A stretch of DNA of 47,223 bases from an archaeon (GTDB lineage: Archaea; Aenigmatarchaeota; Aenigmatarchaeia; Aenigmatarchaeales; DATDXV01). A program made the translations under genes and the position numbers. Location of the stretch: positions 1-47,223 of the forward strand of contig DATDXV010000008.1 in NCBI GenBank assembly GCA_035289205.1, in the 5' to 3' direction. Position 1 is the first letter of the stretch. Every line of letters starts with the position of its first letter. Of this stretch, positions 33,440-41,957 are shown piece after piece. The notes under the pieces were generated by a model that had not been told where the DNA came from, searched no databases, and saw only the letters and a program-made list of their open reading frames with translations.

Positions 33440-34522
33440 ATGAAGGGCGTATCCGCAGTGATCGCGGCAGTGCTGCTGCTTATGATCACTGTTTCACTTG
33501 CCGCGGCAGCATATGTCTGGTTCAATTCCACGTTTGCTGCAACAACGGACATAGGGACAAAGCAGATCGAAAGGTCCTCCCAGGTATTTGGCACTGAGTT
33601 TAAGATAGAGTCTGTTTCCGCGGATTCCATATACATTCGGAACACGGGAACAGCCGACATTTCCAACATCACAGTCTTTGTAGAGGGAAAGCCTGCTAAC
33701 ACAACCTCTTCTGTTATAAAAGCGGGCGAGATAGGGAAAATAACAATAAGGAGCTTTGTGGATTACAACTCCTCGAAGACAATCAAGATTACCTCTGGAG
33801 TAGGTGTCGGTGCAGTCGCTTCCATAGGCCCTTCGCAGAACTATGACTCGCTTGTTGCACACTGGAGATTTGATGAAGGATCTGGAACAACTGCCGCAGA
33901 CAGCAGCTCAAACAAGAACGACGGCGCGGTTAACGGTGCTACATGGACTAGCGGACTAAAGAACTCTGCCCTTAATTTCGACGGCGTTAATGACTACGTT
34001 AACATAGGAACGGGCACTGCGGCTATGAACAATTTCAACAGTGTCGGCTTCACCGTAGAGGCTTGGGTTTACATGAGGCAATCGGGTGTGAGATATCCGT
34101 CTGTATTCGACAAGTCTGTAGGAGATTTTACGGATGCATGCCTCAATCAGAAGGGAATAATGTTCATTGTGCCCAATGACCCGTCCGACGCCGTTTTTAG
34201 GAAATTTGTCTTTGGTGCGGGGGACGGCACATGCTATAATGCTATAAGATATGACGCCGGAGCGGGAATTTTCGACAGGTGGGTTTTCCTTTCCGCTACC
34301 TTCGACTCAAGTCAGCTCTCCCTCTACATCGACGGCAGTCTTGTCAGCACTACGCCTAGAACTGTCACAGGCAGTATCGATAACACTGCAACCGATCTGA
34401 ATATGGGTAGATGGAGAACAGCCAACCTCTATTTCAATGGCATGATAGATGAGATGAGAGTCTGGAATAGGACTTTGAGCGCGAATGAGATAGCTGCGCA
34501 CTATCTCAATGAGAAGCCTTGA
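33440..34522 (+). CDS. archaeal type IV pilin-like protein with C-terminal LamG/ConA-like domain
   Basis: Class III signal peptide MKGVSAVIAAVLLLMITVSLAAAAYVWF. LamG pattern HWRFDEGSGTTAADSSSNKNDGAVNGATWTSGLKNSALNFDGVNDYVNIG...LYIDGSLV...IDEMRVWNRTLSANEI. Confidence 0.8.
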   Translation: MKGVSAVIAAVLLLMITVSLAAAAYVWFNSTFAATTDIGTKQIERSSQVFGTEFKIESVSADSIYIRNTGTADISNITVFVEGKPANTTSSVIKAGEIGKITIRSFVDYNSSKTIKITSGVGVGAVASIGPSQNYDSLVAHWRFDEGSGTTAADSSSNKNDGAVNGATWTSGLKNSALNFDGVNDYVNIGTGTAAMNNFNSVGFTVEAWVYMRQSGVRYPSVFDKSVGDFTDACLNQKGIMFIVPNDPSDAVFRKFVFGAGDGTCYNAIRYDAGAGIFDRWVFLSATFDSSQLSLYIDGSLVSTTPRTVTGSIDNTATDLNMGRWRTANLYFNGMIDEMRVWNRTLSANEIAAHYLNEKP

Positions 34523-35173
34523 TTATTTGGAAGAGTAGTCTGTTTCCAGCAGCTCCCTTATCCTCTTTGCAATCTTCGGTCCTATCCCTTCTACCTTTTT
34601 CAACTCCTCTTCAGTTGCTGCAAATATCCTGTCAGGTGTCTTGAATTTTTCCAGAAGTGCCCTTGCCCTGACGTTGGAAATGTCAGGCAAACCTGTAATA
34701 AGGAATTCCTGCTTGCCTTGCATAGTTTCAGTCCCGTTTTTCGCCCTTATTGCCAATTCTCTTCTGTCATCTATCTGTTCCCTTCTAGCAATCCAGTAGA
34801 CCAGACCGGCGGTGTCTGCAACATCCCTTGACCAGAGTATCGGCACGCCCGCATCTAGCGTTATGGAAGCAAGCGCGCCTCTGACTGTGTTGGGGTGGAG
34901 CCTTTCATACAGGTTCTCTCCGCCCTCTATGATAATGACCGGTTTCTCAAAATTTTCCTTCATGGCTTTTAACTGGGTGAAAAGCCTCTGGTCGATAATG
35001 CTCTGCGCGAAATCAGCGCCAGTCTTCTTCTCTATGACGATCCTGTCGGAGACAAGGAAGTCCCCTATGGGAAGCATCTTCTTCTGAACAGTGCAATCAT
35101 ACTGCCCGAAGTGCTCTATGATACCGCTCGGCACTTCTCTTGTGTCAACAAAAATAACGACTTTGGCAGGCAT
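34523..35173 (-). CDS. XPF/Hef-type ERCC4 nuclease with C-terminal HhH2 (stand-alone nuclease half)
   Basis: FVDTRE, PIGDFLVSDRIVIEKKTGADF (GDx(n)ERKxxxD variant), and HhH2 ITGLPDISNVRARALLEKF...VEGIGPKIAKRI. Confidence 0.85.
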   Translation of the reverse strand: MPAKVVIFVDTREVPSGIIEHFGQYDCTVQKKMLPIGDFLVSDRIVIEKKTGADFAQSIIDQRLFTQLKAMKENFEKPVIIIEGGENLYERLHPNTVRGALASITLDAGVPILWSRDVADTAGLVYWIARREQIDDRRELAIRAKNGTETMQGKQEFLITGLPDISNVRARALLEKFKTPDRIFAATEEELKKVEGIGPKIAKRIRELLETDYSSK

Positions 35174-35185
35174 TCAACCATCTAG

Positions 35186-35193
35186 TTTTAAGT
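35186..35193 (+). promoter_or_regulatory. TATA-like box (TTTTAAGT) for the structured RNA/leader starting about 35217
   Basis: Centre lies 26-27 nt upstream of the G35217 that opens the terminal stem. A second TTTAAA (35203..35208) fits the divergent nuclease gene (ATG 35173). Confidence 0.4.
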
Positions 35194-35216
35194 ACCAAGA
35201 GATTTAAAGTTTATTA

Positions 35217-35314
35217 GGCCCATGAGGTTTCTGCAGTGTCAGGATCAGTCCTTCGGGATTTGGTTCAGTACGCGCTTCGGCGTTGTTCAAAGATGCTCTG
35301 ACTTAGAATGGGCC
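35217..35314 (+). ncRNA. candidate structured RNA or 5' leader (98 nt) with two cUUCGg hairpins
   Basis: Terminal stem GGCCCAU(35217..35223)/AUGGGCC(35308..35314) and inner GUCAG/CUGAC. Hairpins are capped by C(UUCG)G at 35251..35256 and 35275..35280. Not assignable to a known family by eye. Confidence 0.4.
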
Positions 35315-35353
35315 GCTATGCAAACTTCTCTATGTTATTACTAGAATAAGAGC

Positions 35354-36268
35354 ATGTGGAAGCTTTTTATCCTTTGGCCTGCAATATATTTTATGCTGCC
35401 CTTTGCAGCGGTTGCCGGTGTGCTGATTGCGGGCTTAGGCGTCCTAGCTTCATCAGAGATAGCTCTTGGCGCTTCCCTTCTGCTTCTGGCTGGAAGCGCG
35501 TTTTATTTTGCCAATGCGTCAGGCGCTATGCCAAAAATAAAGTCAGCTCTTGGCGCGGGATGGAGAGCGCTGAGCAGCGTTCTTAATGCACTCTTTGCCA
35601 AGCATGTTTACGACACCTATGACAACGAGGGAGCGGGAAGAGCGGGGGAAGAATTGGCTTGGGGCGTTGTGCCGGGAGCTGTAGCGGGAAAGGCTCTGAA
35701 GACTGGAAGGCTCTCAAAATTTATTGACGACCTTGCGAAGGCAAGATTCAATCAGATAGCAAGGTTCTTTGGCGGCGACGCAAGGCTCGCAGGGAAATAT
35801 TTAGACGGTGTGGCGGCGGATGTGAAGCTCAACCAAGGCAGAGTTCTGTCGAGGGAAGAGGCTCTGGCTGAAGCTGCCAGCAGGATATCTAAGTCAAAGT
35901 GGTTTCTGGAGAAGGACGGGAAGCTCTTTGTAATGGAGCAGGGCGTTTATGTTAACGGCAAGGGCATGGGCTGGAAGAAGATCTGGGAAAGACGCGAAGC
36001 ACAATTCGCAAGCATGGGCCTCAACACAGAGGAAGAAGCTCAGCAATTTCTATACCAGAAATTCAAGGGGAGCAAGCTGTATATGCATACTGATGGAGAA
36101 ACTTCACTATTGAAAGACGGCAAGAAAACCGCTTACTATTATGCAGAAATCAATCCTCCGATAAATAAATATAAATATACGATATTCGTAACCAATCCAG
36201 ATACCGGACAATTTATAACAAGCTTCTCAGCCAATAATCTGAATGATATCGTAAATCAGCGTTGGTGA
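35354..36268 (+). CDS. membrane protein with soluble C-terminal domain (possible toxin-like module)
   Basis: Two N-terminal TM segments, then a Gly/Ala-rich linker. The C-terminus KTAYYYAEINPPINKYKYTIFVTNPDTGQFITSF loosely recalls small RNase-toxin folds (weak). Visibly GC-richer than its surroundings. Confidence 0.5.
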   Translation: MWKLFILWPAIYFMLPFAAVAGVLIAGLGVLASSEIALGASLLLLAGSAFYFANASGAMPKIKSALGAGWRALSSVLNALFAKHVYDTYDNEGAGRAGEELAWGVVPGAVAGKALKTGRLSKFIDDLAKARFNQIARFFGGDARLAGKYLDGVAADVKLNQGRVLSREEALAEAASRISKSKWFLEKDGKLFVMEQGVYVNGKGMGWKKIWERREAQFASMGLNTEEEAQQFLYQKFKGSKLYMHTDGETSLLKDGKKTAYYYAEINPPINKYKYTIFVTNPDTGQFITSFSANNLNDIVNQRW

Positions 36269-36272
36269 AACT

Positions 36273-36557
36273 ATGAAAGGTAAGAAAATGAATATGAAAA
36301 CTTGGATGAAAGAGAATAAAGGGAAGCTGTTTAAAGAAGAGGATGCAAAACTGGTAGAAGAAATACTGTCTAAAGGAACGACATTTCATTGTTCTGTAAT
36401 GCCAGAATGTTCCCATACATGGAAGGGCAAACCCAAAGAGGTTTATCTGACATGTCCCAAATGCGGGAAGAGTTTAATAAGTTTCCGTTTGAAGAGTATA
36501 GATAAAGATACGGTTGAAATTTGTGGAACAACAGATTGGGGTCAAGAAGACATGTAG
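36273..36557 (+). CDS. small zinc-ribbon protein (94 aa)
   Basis: C-x5-C-H ... C-P-K-C (CSVMPECSH...CPKCGKSL). Starts 4 nt after the preceding stop. Confidence 0.5.
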   Translation: MKGKKMNMKTWMKENKGKLFKEEDAKLVEEILSKGTTFHCSVMPECSHTWKGKPKEVYLTCPKCGKSLISFRLKSIDKDTVEICGTTDWGQEDM

Positions 36558-36562
36558 ATATT

Positions 36563-38107
36563 TTAAGGGCTATCTATAGTTTTTTGATTGCTAGAGTTTT
36601 GCATTTCTTTAAGGATAGCCTTCATTTTGTTTTCTTTTCTCTGCGCAGCATAATAGTAGCTCTCATCTCTTGTATCTTTAGTCTGTAGGAATATGATTTT
36701 GCCGACCTTGGCTCTTCCTACCCTACCTCTTCTCTGTATGCTTCTTATCTCGCTCGCTACAGATTCATAGAATATTGCCATATCGGCTGATGGTATGTGC
36801 AGGCCCTCTTCCCCGACCGGACTTGTTATCAGGCAGTTATGTATACCTGCATTGAAATCTCTTATTATCTCTACCTGTTCTTTCTGTGTTAGTCCCTTCT
36901 CTCCAGACTGGCCTATCAGAATAACAGGTCTGCATCCCTCTATCTTTGAGAGGATCTCATGCAGCTTCTCTATGTTGTCCCTGTAATGAGAGAAGAGTAT
37001 GATTGTGTAGTTTTTGCTCTGTTTCAAGTTTTCAGAGACTATTTCTGCGATCTTTTCTATCTTCGGATGCTCTCCTTCGTGTTTCTCAATATAGCCTATT
37101 CCCATCTTCACATAGGAGTCATGCAAAAGCCGCTTCTCTGAAGCCATCTTTCCTTCCCTTAGCTTATTGAGATAAGTCCTAACAGCCCTCATGCTCTGCG
37201 TCTCCAGAAGCTCTAGGAGATGCCATATCTTTATCGCCTCTGTTGCCGTCATCAGGATATGGAAAAGTATCGGCCTTCTCTCAGTCTTCAGCGATGATAT
37301 TGTTTTTCTCTGAAGCTCTATCATGTCCTTCTTCGTGCTTATGTGCACATCCCACTCCTTCAGCTTGTTGATCCTGTTCTTTATAGCAAGCTTGAAGCAT
37401 GACTGCGCTTCTTTCAGAAGGAAGGGCAGTTCAACCTTCACCCATTCCATGTTCAGTTCTTTTATGTAGGGCTTCACGTCCTCGTCCGAATCCGTTCTGA
37501 TCTCAACTGCCTCTATTCCAAGAGCTTTGCAGATATCATTTATCTTCGTTCTGTCGCTTCCAGGCGAAGCTGTGAGCCCTAGTATTCTGCTGTGCGGAAT
37601 GCCCTTGTATGCCTCAGCCACATAGGTGTATGCATAGTCTCCAACAGACCTATGAGTCTCATCGAATACAAGGAGAGAGAAGTCATTGAGGTCTATCAGA
37701 TGGTTCTTTATGTCGTTCTCTATCGTCTGCGGAGTAGCAACTATTATCTTGAATTTAGAGTATATCTCCCTTCTGTCCTGAGGCATCACCTGGCCTGTTA
37801 CAAGAAATATGTCTTTAGAGGGAATGTCAAAGGCATTCTGGAAACTTTTTTGATGCTGGGCGCACAATGGCTTCGTTGGGGCCATTACAAGGATCTTCTT
37901 CTCGGGATAATCTTCCATTCTATGGGCAGCAAGCATTATGGCTATGTTTGTCTTTCCCAGTCCTGTTGGCAAAACACATAGGGTGTTCTTTCTTACAGCT
38001 GTCTCAAGGATATTTCTCTGATATTCTCTCTCTTCTATCGCATCTGGCTTGAGAAACGGGTGGGAAACGTACATAGAAGAGCTCTCCTCTATGCATATAG
38101 GATGCAT
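36563..38107 (-). CDS. hef: Hef/FANCM-type DEAH-box helicase (stand-alone helicase half)
   Basis: LPTGLGKTNIA (motif I), FDETH (motif II), TASPG, QRRGRVGR (motif VI). 514 aa. Confidence 0.85.
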   Translation of the reverse strand: MHPICIEESSSMYVSHPFLKPDAIEEREYQRNILETAVRKNTLCVLPTGLGKTNIAIMLAAHRMEDYPEKKILVMAPTKPLCAQHQKSFQNAFDIPSKDIFLVTGQVMPQDRREIYSKFKIIVATPQTIENDIKNHLIDLNDFSLLVFDETHRSVGDYAYTYVAEAYKGIPHSRILGLTASPGSDRTKINDICKALGIEAVEIRTDSDEDVKPYIKELNMEWVKVELPFLLKEAQSCFKLAIKNRINKLKEWDVHISTKKDMIELQRKTISSLKTERRPILFHILMTATEAIKIWHLLELLETQSMRAVRTYLNKLREGKMASEKRLLHDSYVKMGIGYIEKHEGEHPKIEKIAEIVSENLKQSKNYTIILFSHYRDNIEKLHEILSKIEGCRPVILIGQSGEKGLTQKEQVEIIRDFNAGIHNCLITSPVGEEGLHIPSADMAIFYESVASEIRSIQRRGRVGRAKVGKIIFLQTKDTRDESYYYAAQRKENKMKAILKEMQNSSNQKTIDSP

Positions 38108-38151
38108 GATAACATTTATATTGAAGTTCGTTTAACTATAGTAGTGCTTAT

Positions 38152-38646
38152 ATGCAATGCCAAATATGCGAAGTCTGCCTGAATTCTGCGCTTCTTTGTC
38201 CGAGTTGCCAGAATAAGCTAAACTCCGGGAAGATAACAGAAAAGGAAATAGATGTTCTAAAATATCTGCATTCCTTGGAGGAGAACATAAAGAGTTTGAA
38301 GGATGTCAGAATATGCAAAGTTATCGAGGGAAATACTCTGACTATTGTCACGAATGTTGGCGATGCTCCGAGAGTGGTTGGAAAAGGCGGAGCTGTTGTC
38401 AAAATGATTTCGAAGAACTTCGGAAAGAACGTAAGGGTTCTGGAAGCGGTTGGTGACCTGAAGGATTTTGTCCAGAATCTCGTATCTCCCCATCCTGTCT
38501 CTGGCATCAACACGCGCTATTCTCTTTCGGGGCAGACATACAAGGTAAGAATACCAAACACCCCCAATACTCCAATAAGGCCCGACGAGTTCTCTAATAT
38601 CATCTCTTCAGTTTATGGACTGAAGGCTGAGCTTGTTTTTGAGTGA
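38152..38646 (+). CDS. KH-domain RNA-binding protein with N-terminal zinc ribbon (NusA-like)
   Basis: CQICEVC...CPSC, followed by a KH GXXG loop VVGKGGAVVKMIS. Confidence 0.6.
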   Translation: MQCQICEVCLNSALLCPSCQNKLNSGKITEKEIDVLKYLHSLEENIKSLKDVRICKVIEGNTLTIVTNVGDAPRVVGKGGAVVKMISKNFGKNVRVLEAVGDLKDFVQNLVSPHPVSGINTRYSLSGQTYKVRIPNTPNTPIRPDEFSNIISSVYGLKAELVFE

Positions 38647-39223
38647 ACTTGGCATACTTGTCCCAAGGAAACCTTAGCAGCAACGATCCCAATACAATGC
38701 CGTTTAGAGCTCCCACAATGACATCCAGCGCATAGTGCGCGCCGACAGCTATCCTGCTTATTCCTATCAAAACAGCAAATGCATAGAGCAGCATCCTGTC
38801 TCTTTTGAAATACTTGGAGAGTATGGTAGCTACAAGGAACGCCCTTTGCGCATGCCCTGAAGGAAAGCTGAGAGGTCCATTGGGTTCCAGCGACCAGATA
38901 CTGGCATCAAAATATGCGGGCCTTTCTCTGATGAATATGTTCTTCAGCAGGAAGTTAATAGCTAGGTCAATCCATAGGGAAACGAACAGGATGAGCCCTT
39001 CCTTCTTGTTTCCCCTATGTATAAGCCAGAGGGAGACTATCATGAAAACTACGATTGTTCCGAGGTTGGTTATGACATTGAATATGTAAATGGCTGGAAA
39101 CAGGGAGCTGAAAACGCTCTGCGACAGGGCCAGATCAAGTGCCATAAGGCCCTGTCCGTATAGCAAATATGTTGCCAGCAGCAGTATGTAAGCAACCATG
39201 GCGTAGGAAAATAGCTTCTCCAT
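38600..39223 (-). CDS. PAP2 family phosphatase (membrane)
   Basis: RERP, PSGHAQRA, SRIAVGAHYALDV (the three PAP2 motifs). The real start is MEKLFSYAM at 39223. The track ORF extension to 39574 overlaps the neighbouring gene start. Confidence 0.8.
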   Translation of the reverse strand: MEKLFSYAMVAYILLLATYLLYGQGLMALDLALSQSVFSSLFPAIYIFNVITNLGTIVVFMIVSLWLIHRGNKKEGLILFVSLWIDLAINFLLKNIFIRERPAYFDASIWSLEPNGPLSFPSGHAQRAFLVATILSKYFKRDRMLLYAFAVLIGISRIAVGAHYALDVIVGALNGIVLGSLLLRFPWDKYAKFTQKQAQPSVHKLKR

Positions 39224-39281
39224 AACCCTCTTTTTGTTTTTCCCAATATAAAGCTTATAAGTATAGTGGAATATTCTGTAT

Positions 39282-41948
39282 ATGCGTAAGCTCATCTTAG
39301 CGTCCCTTACGTTATTCCTCTTAATGGTACCCGGGGTTTTTGCAGCCAAGAGCATAGTTTTCATAACAGACAATGATCTGGTCACAACAGCATGTCCGGG
39401 TCTTGACTGGCCTGATGAGGTGGCGTTCTGCAACAGAATACAGTCTTTGGGATATGATGTCAAGGTAGTTACAGATAGCCTTGTTGAAGCCAATAGTCCG
39501 GAGTTCCAGTCAAGGATTAGCGGTGCAACGGCGATTGTTTTTGCAAATCTTAGCCAGAAATACATAGAGTACAATAGCGATTCAAATTCTCCTTATGGAA
39601 AATTCATGGCAAATTTGATTCCATATACTGATAGCAAAAAACAACTCTCAATATTAAGCAGCACAATAATGAACGTTCCCATTTTTATTCCTCCATTCTA
39701 CTATTTTGAGACTCCTTTGCCTTGGAAAACTACAGGTGAAAATGTCTGTTCCTCCGAATCAGATAGCTTCAGCACAAACAGAATTACATATATCTCCAAC
39801 AAGACTACGAATCCGGTGGTTATCTACAGCGGCGGAAACAAGCACCATGCGAGGGTTGTGGAGGCGGGAGGCGGTTCTGTGATAGCGCAGTGCGGTTCCG
39901 CATTCAACTCAGTCGTCAACGTAACGCCCCTGCAGCGGGGGGTTTTCTGGGGATTCAATGACACCCAGTACTTTACAGATTCTGCATGGGATCTTTTCGA
40001 CAGAGCTGTTTGGACTGTTATGGGGGATGCCGGATGGAAGGTATACCTTTCCGCGTTCCCGCAAACTGTAAATCCCGGAGACACAGGATTCATCATTATT
40101 GCCAACGTGACAGATGAGAGAGGACAGTATGTGAATACAGGACCTATCACCTTTGAAATGCAAGCAGGGAGCACAACAACCACCGGAGCTCTTTTCAAAC
40201 ATCCCTCTGGATTATGGATAAACAATACAACGATAACTCCAAGTCAAGACGCTGTTATAAGCATTAAGACCCCTGAAGCATTCACAACATCAAATTCTCA
40301 GAATGTTGACGTAGGGACTATGTCTGTAACGATAGACACAGAAACATACATCCCCAATTCCCCCTTTGAGCTAAAAATAACCACAGATGCTTCTCAACCA
40401 AGCGTGGGTGTTACAATTTTCGACTATAATACATTCAAAATACTTTTTGATAATTTCATAAGCTGTAGTTCAGGAATTTGCACTACAACAATTTCTAATT
40501 TCCCAGCAACAGGACCAGTTCTTATAAGTGCTGCGGCATCTGCTGGTGGAAAATTAAAGATGATTAGCCAGCCTACCTCTCTCAGCGGTACGGTCTTCTC
40601 AAACATAACTGTCTACAGACCGACGCAAACAGCGATACTAAATCTCACAACTACATGGCCTGCGGATTGGGCAAATCTTACAATAACAAAACCCGATAAA
40701 ACAGTCATACCTTTGGGCAGCATGACAAAGATGAGCTCCACAAAGTTCAACACAACTTACGCATTTGCGGCAGGGGATCCGAACGGAACCTACAACCTGA
40801 GCGCGATGATAGGTTTCCAAGGATATGTTGCAAATATTACGGGTTCTATTCAAATGATAGCATGGGAGGCTGCAACATCTCTCAGTAAGTCATCTTTCTT
40901 GAAGAACGAAACAGTTAATGTAACGCTTGAAACATTCAACGCATGGTCAAGCATAGCATTCAACTACACTCTTGACATAATCAATCCGGAATCGAATAAC
41001 ATGCTCTCAACCAAGGGGAACATGACTGGGAATGCAACTCTCAAAACAACCTGGGCAATACCAAGCGGTGCAAAGGCCGGCACTTACAAGCTCAAAGCAT
41101 TCATCAACGATACATATAACAGAACTTTCTACAAGGAAGTCTCATTCAGCGTCGATGAACTTCCAAATGTCACAAGCCCCAAGTTTGTGCTCTCCCCGAC
41201 CTCCCTGAACTTTGTCACGCCGCTCACAAAGAAGATAGAGAAGGTATTGACAATAGAAAACAGCGGTGGAGGAACAATAGGGAGCATCATCATTACACCC
41301 TCGTCAGGAATAGCAACAATTATCTTCGTGAAGACAACTCTCACTTCTCTCACGGCGGGGCAGAAGAAGGATGTCAGTCTGGAGGTAAATGGGGCGAACG
41401 CGAAGGAGGGGAGCTATACAGGAACGCTAACTATAAGCAGCGATGCGGGAAACAAGACTGTTGACATAAGGATAGAGCTTATAGGGGACATAAGCGCGCT
41501 TGCTGACGAGAAGCTGGCAGAAGTTTCCAGTGTAAGGGACAGCGTGGCGGCTCTTGAAGAGTTGGGGAAGGACACATCTGATGTAAAGAACTCTCTGGAC
41601 CAGGCAGAGAAGCTGTTTAAAGATGCAAAGACCTCTTATGCGGCAGGTGATTATGAGAATGCCAAATCCAATTATGAACAAGCTCTTGCTTCCTTGCAGG
41701 CTGCCAACGACAAGCTTTCAGAGCTTGAGCAGGCTGATGAACTAGAAGAAAAGCCGCAGGATACCGCTTCTCTGGTTTGGATAATGGCAGGCATTGTCAT
41801 ACTGGCGATCATAGCTGTGACAGCCTACAAATACAAGGACAGGATAATGGAGATGCTTGGAAAGAGGGGTGGCAGCGAGGAAGGCAAAGAGGAGTATTAC
41901 TACCCCCCAGAAGAGGGCGGGGAAGAGTACAGAGTTGAGTATTACTAA
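39282..41948 (+). CDS. large cell-surface (S-layer-like) glycoprotein, C-terminally anchored
   Basis: Signal peptide MRKLILASLTLFLLMVPGVFAA. About 20 or more N-x-S/T sequons. A coiled-coil segment, one C-terminal TM (LVWIMAGIVILAIIAVTAY) and an acidic tail. Confidence 0.7.
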   Translation: MRKLILASLTLFLLMVPGVFAAKSIVFITDNDLVTTACPGLDWPDEVAFCNRIQSLGYDVKVVTDSLVEANSPEFQSRISGATAIVFANLSQKYIEYNSDSNSPYGKFMANLIPYTDSKKQLSILSSTIMNVPIFIPPFYYFETPLPWKTTGENVCSSESDSFSTNRITYISNKTTNPVVIYSGGNKHHARVVEAGGGSVIAQCGSAFNSVVNVTPLQRGVFWGFNDTQYFTDSAWDLFDRAVWTVMGDAGWKVYLSAFPQTVNPGDTGFIIIANVTDERGQYVNTGPITFEMQAGSTTTTGALFKHPSGLWINNTTITPSQDAVISIKTPEAFTTSNSQNVDVGTMSVTIDTETYIPNSPFELKITTDASQPSVGVTIFDYNTFKILFDNFISCSSGICTTTISNFPATGPVLISAAASAGGKLKMISQPTSLSGTVFSNITVYRPTQTAILNLTTTWPADWANLTITKPDKTVIPLGSMTKMSSTKFNTTYAFAAGDPNGTYNLSAMIGFQGYVANITGSIQMIAWEAATSLSKSSFLKNETVNVTLETFNAWSSIAFNYTLDIINPESNNMLSTKGNMTGNATLKTTWAIPSGAKAGTYKLKAFINDTYNRTFYKEVSFSVDELPNVTSPKFVLSPTSLNFVTPLTKKIEKVLTIENSGGGTIGSIIITPSSGIATIIFVKTTLTSLTAGQKKDVSLEVNGANAKEGSYTGTLTISSDAGNKTVDIRIELIGDISALADEKLAEVSSVRDSVAALEELGKDTSDVKNSLDQAEKLFKDAKTSYAAGDYENAKSNYEQALASLQAANDKLSELEQADELEEKPQDTASLVWIMAGIVILAIIAVTAYKYKDRIMEMLGKRGGSEEGKEEYYYPPEEGGEEYRVEYY

Positions 41949-41957
41949 GGGATATGC

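Noticed and set aside
35217-35314. Reading the 98-nt structured element as an intron-containing tRNA (7-bp terminal stem) or as a C/D sRNA
   Set aside because: There is no U8, no GG D-loop, no TTCRA T-loop in register and no usable anticodon arm. The C-box-like AUGAGG is non-consensus and the length is wrong. It is kept only as an unclassified structured RNA candidate.
35174-36562. Terminal inverted repeats or target-site duplications that would mark the Hef-splitting cassette as a transposon
   Set aside because: Only a trivial shared TAGTTTT heptamer is found near both ends. There is no transposase or integrase gene.
39224-39574. 5' extension of the PAP2 ORF (track 38600..39574)
   Set aside because: The extension overlaps the start of the 888-aa gene on the other strand and has no PAP2 similarity. 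MEKLFSYAM at 39223 begins the first TM helix.
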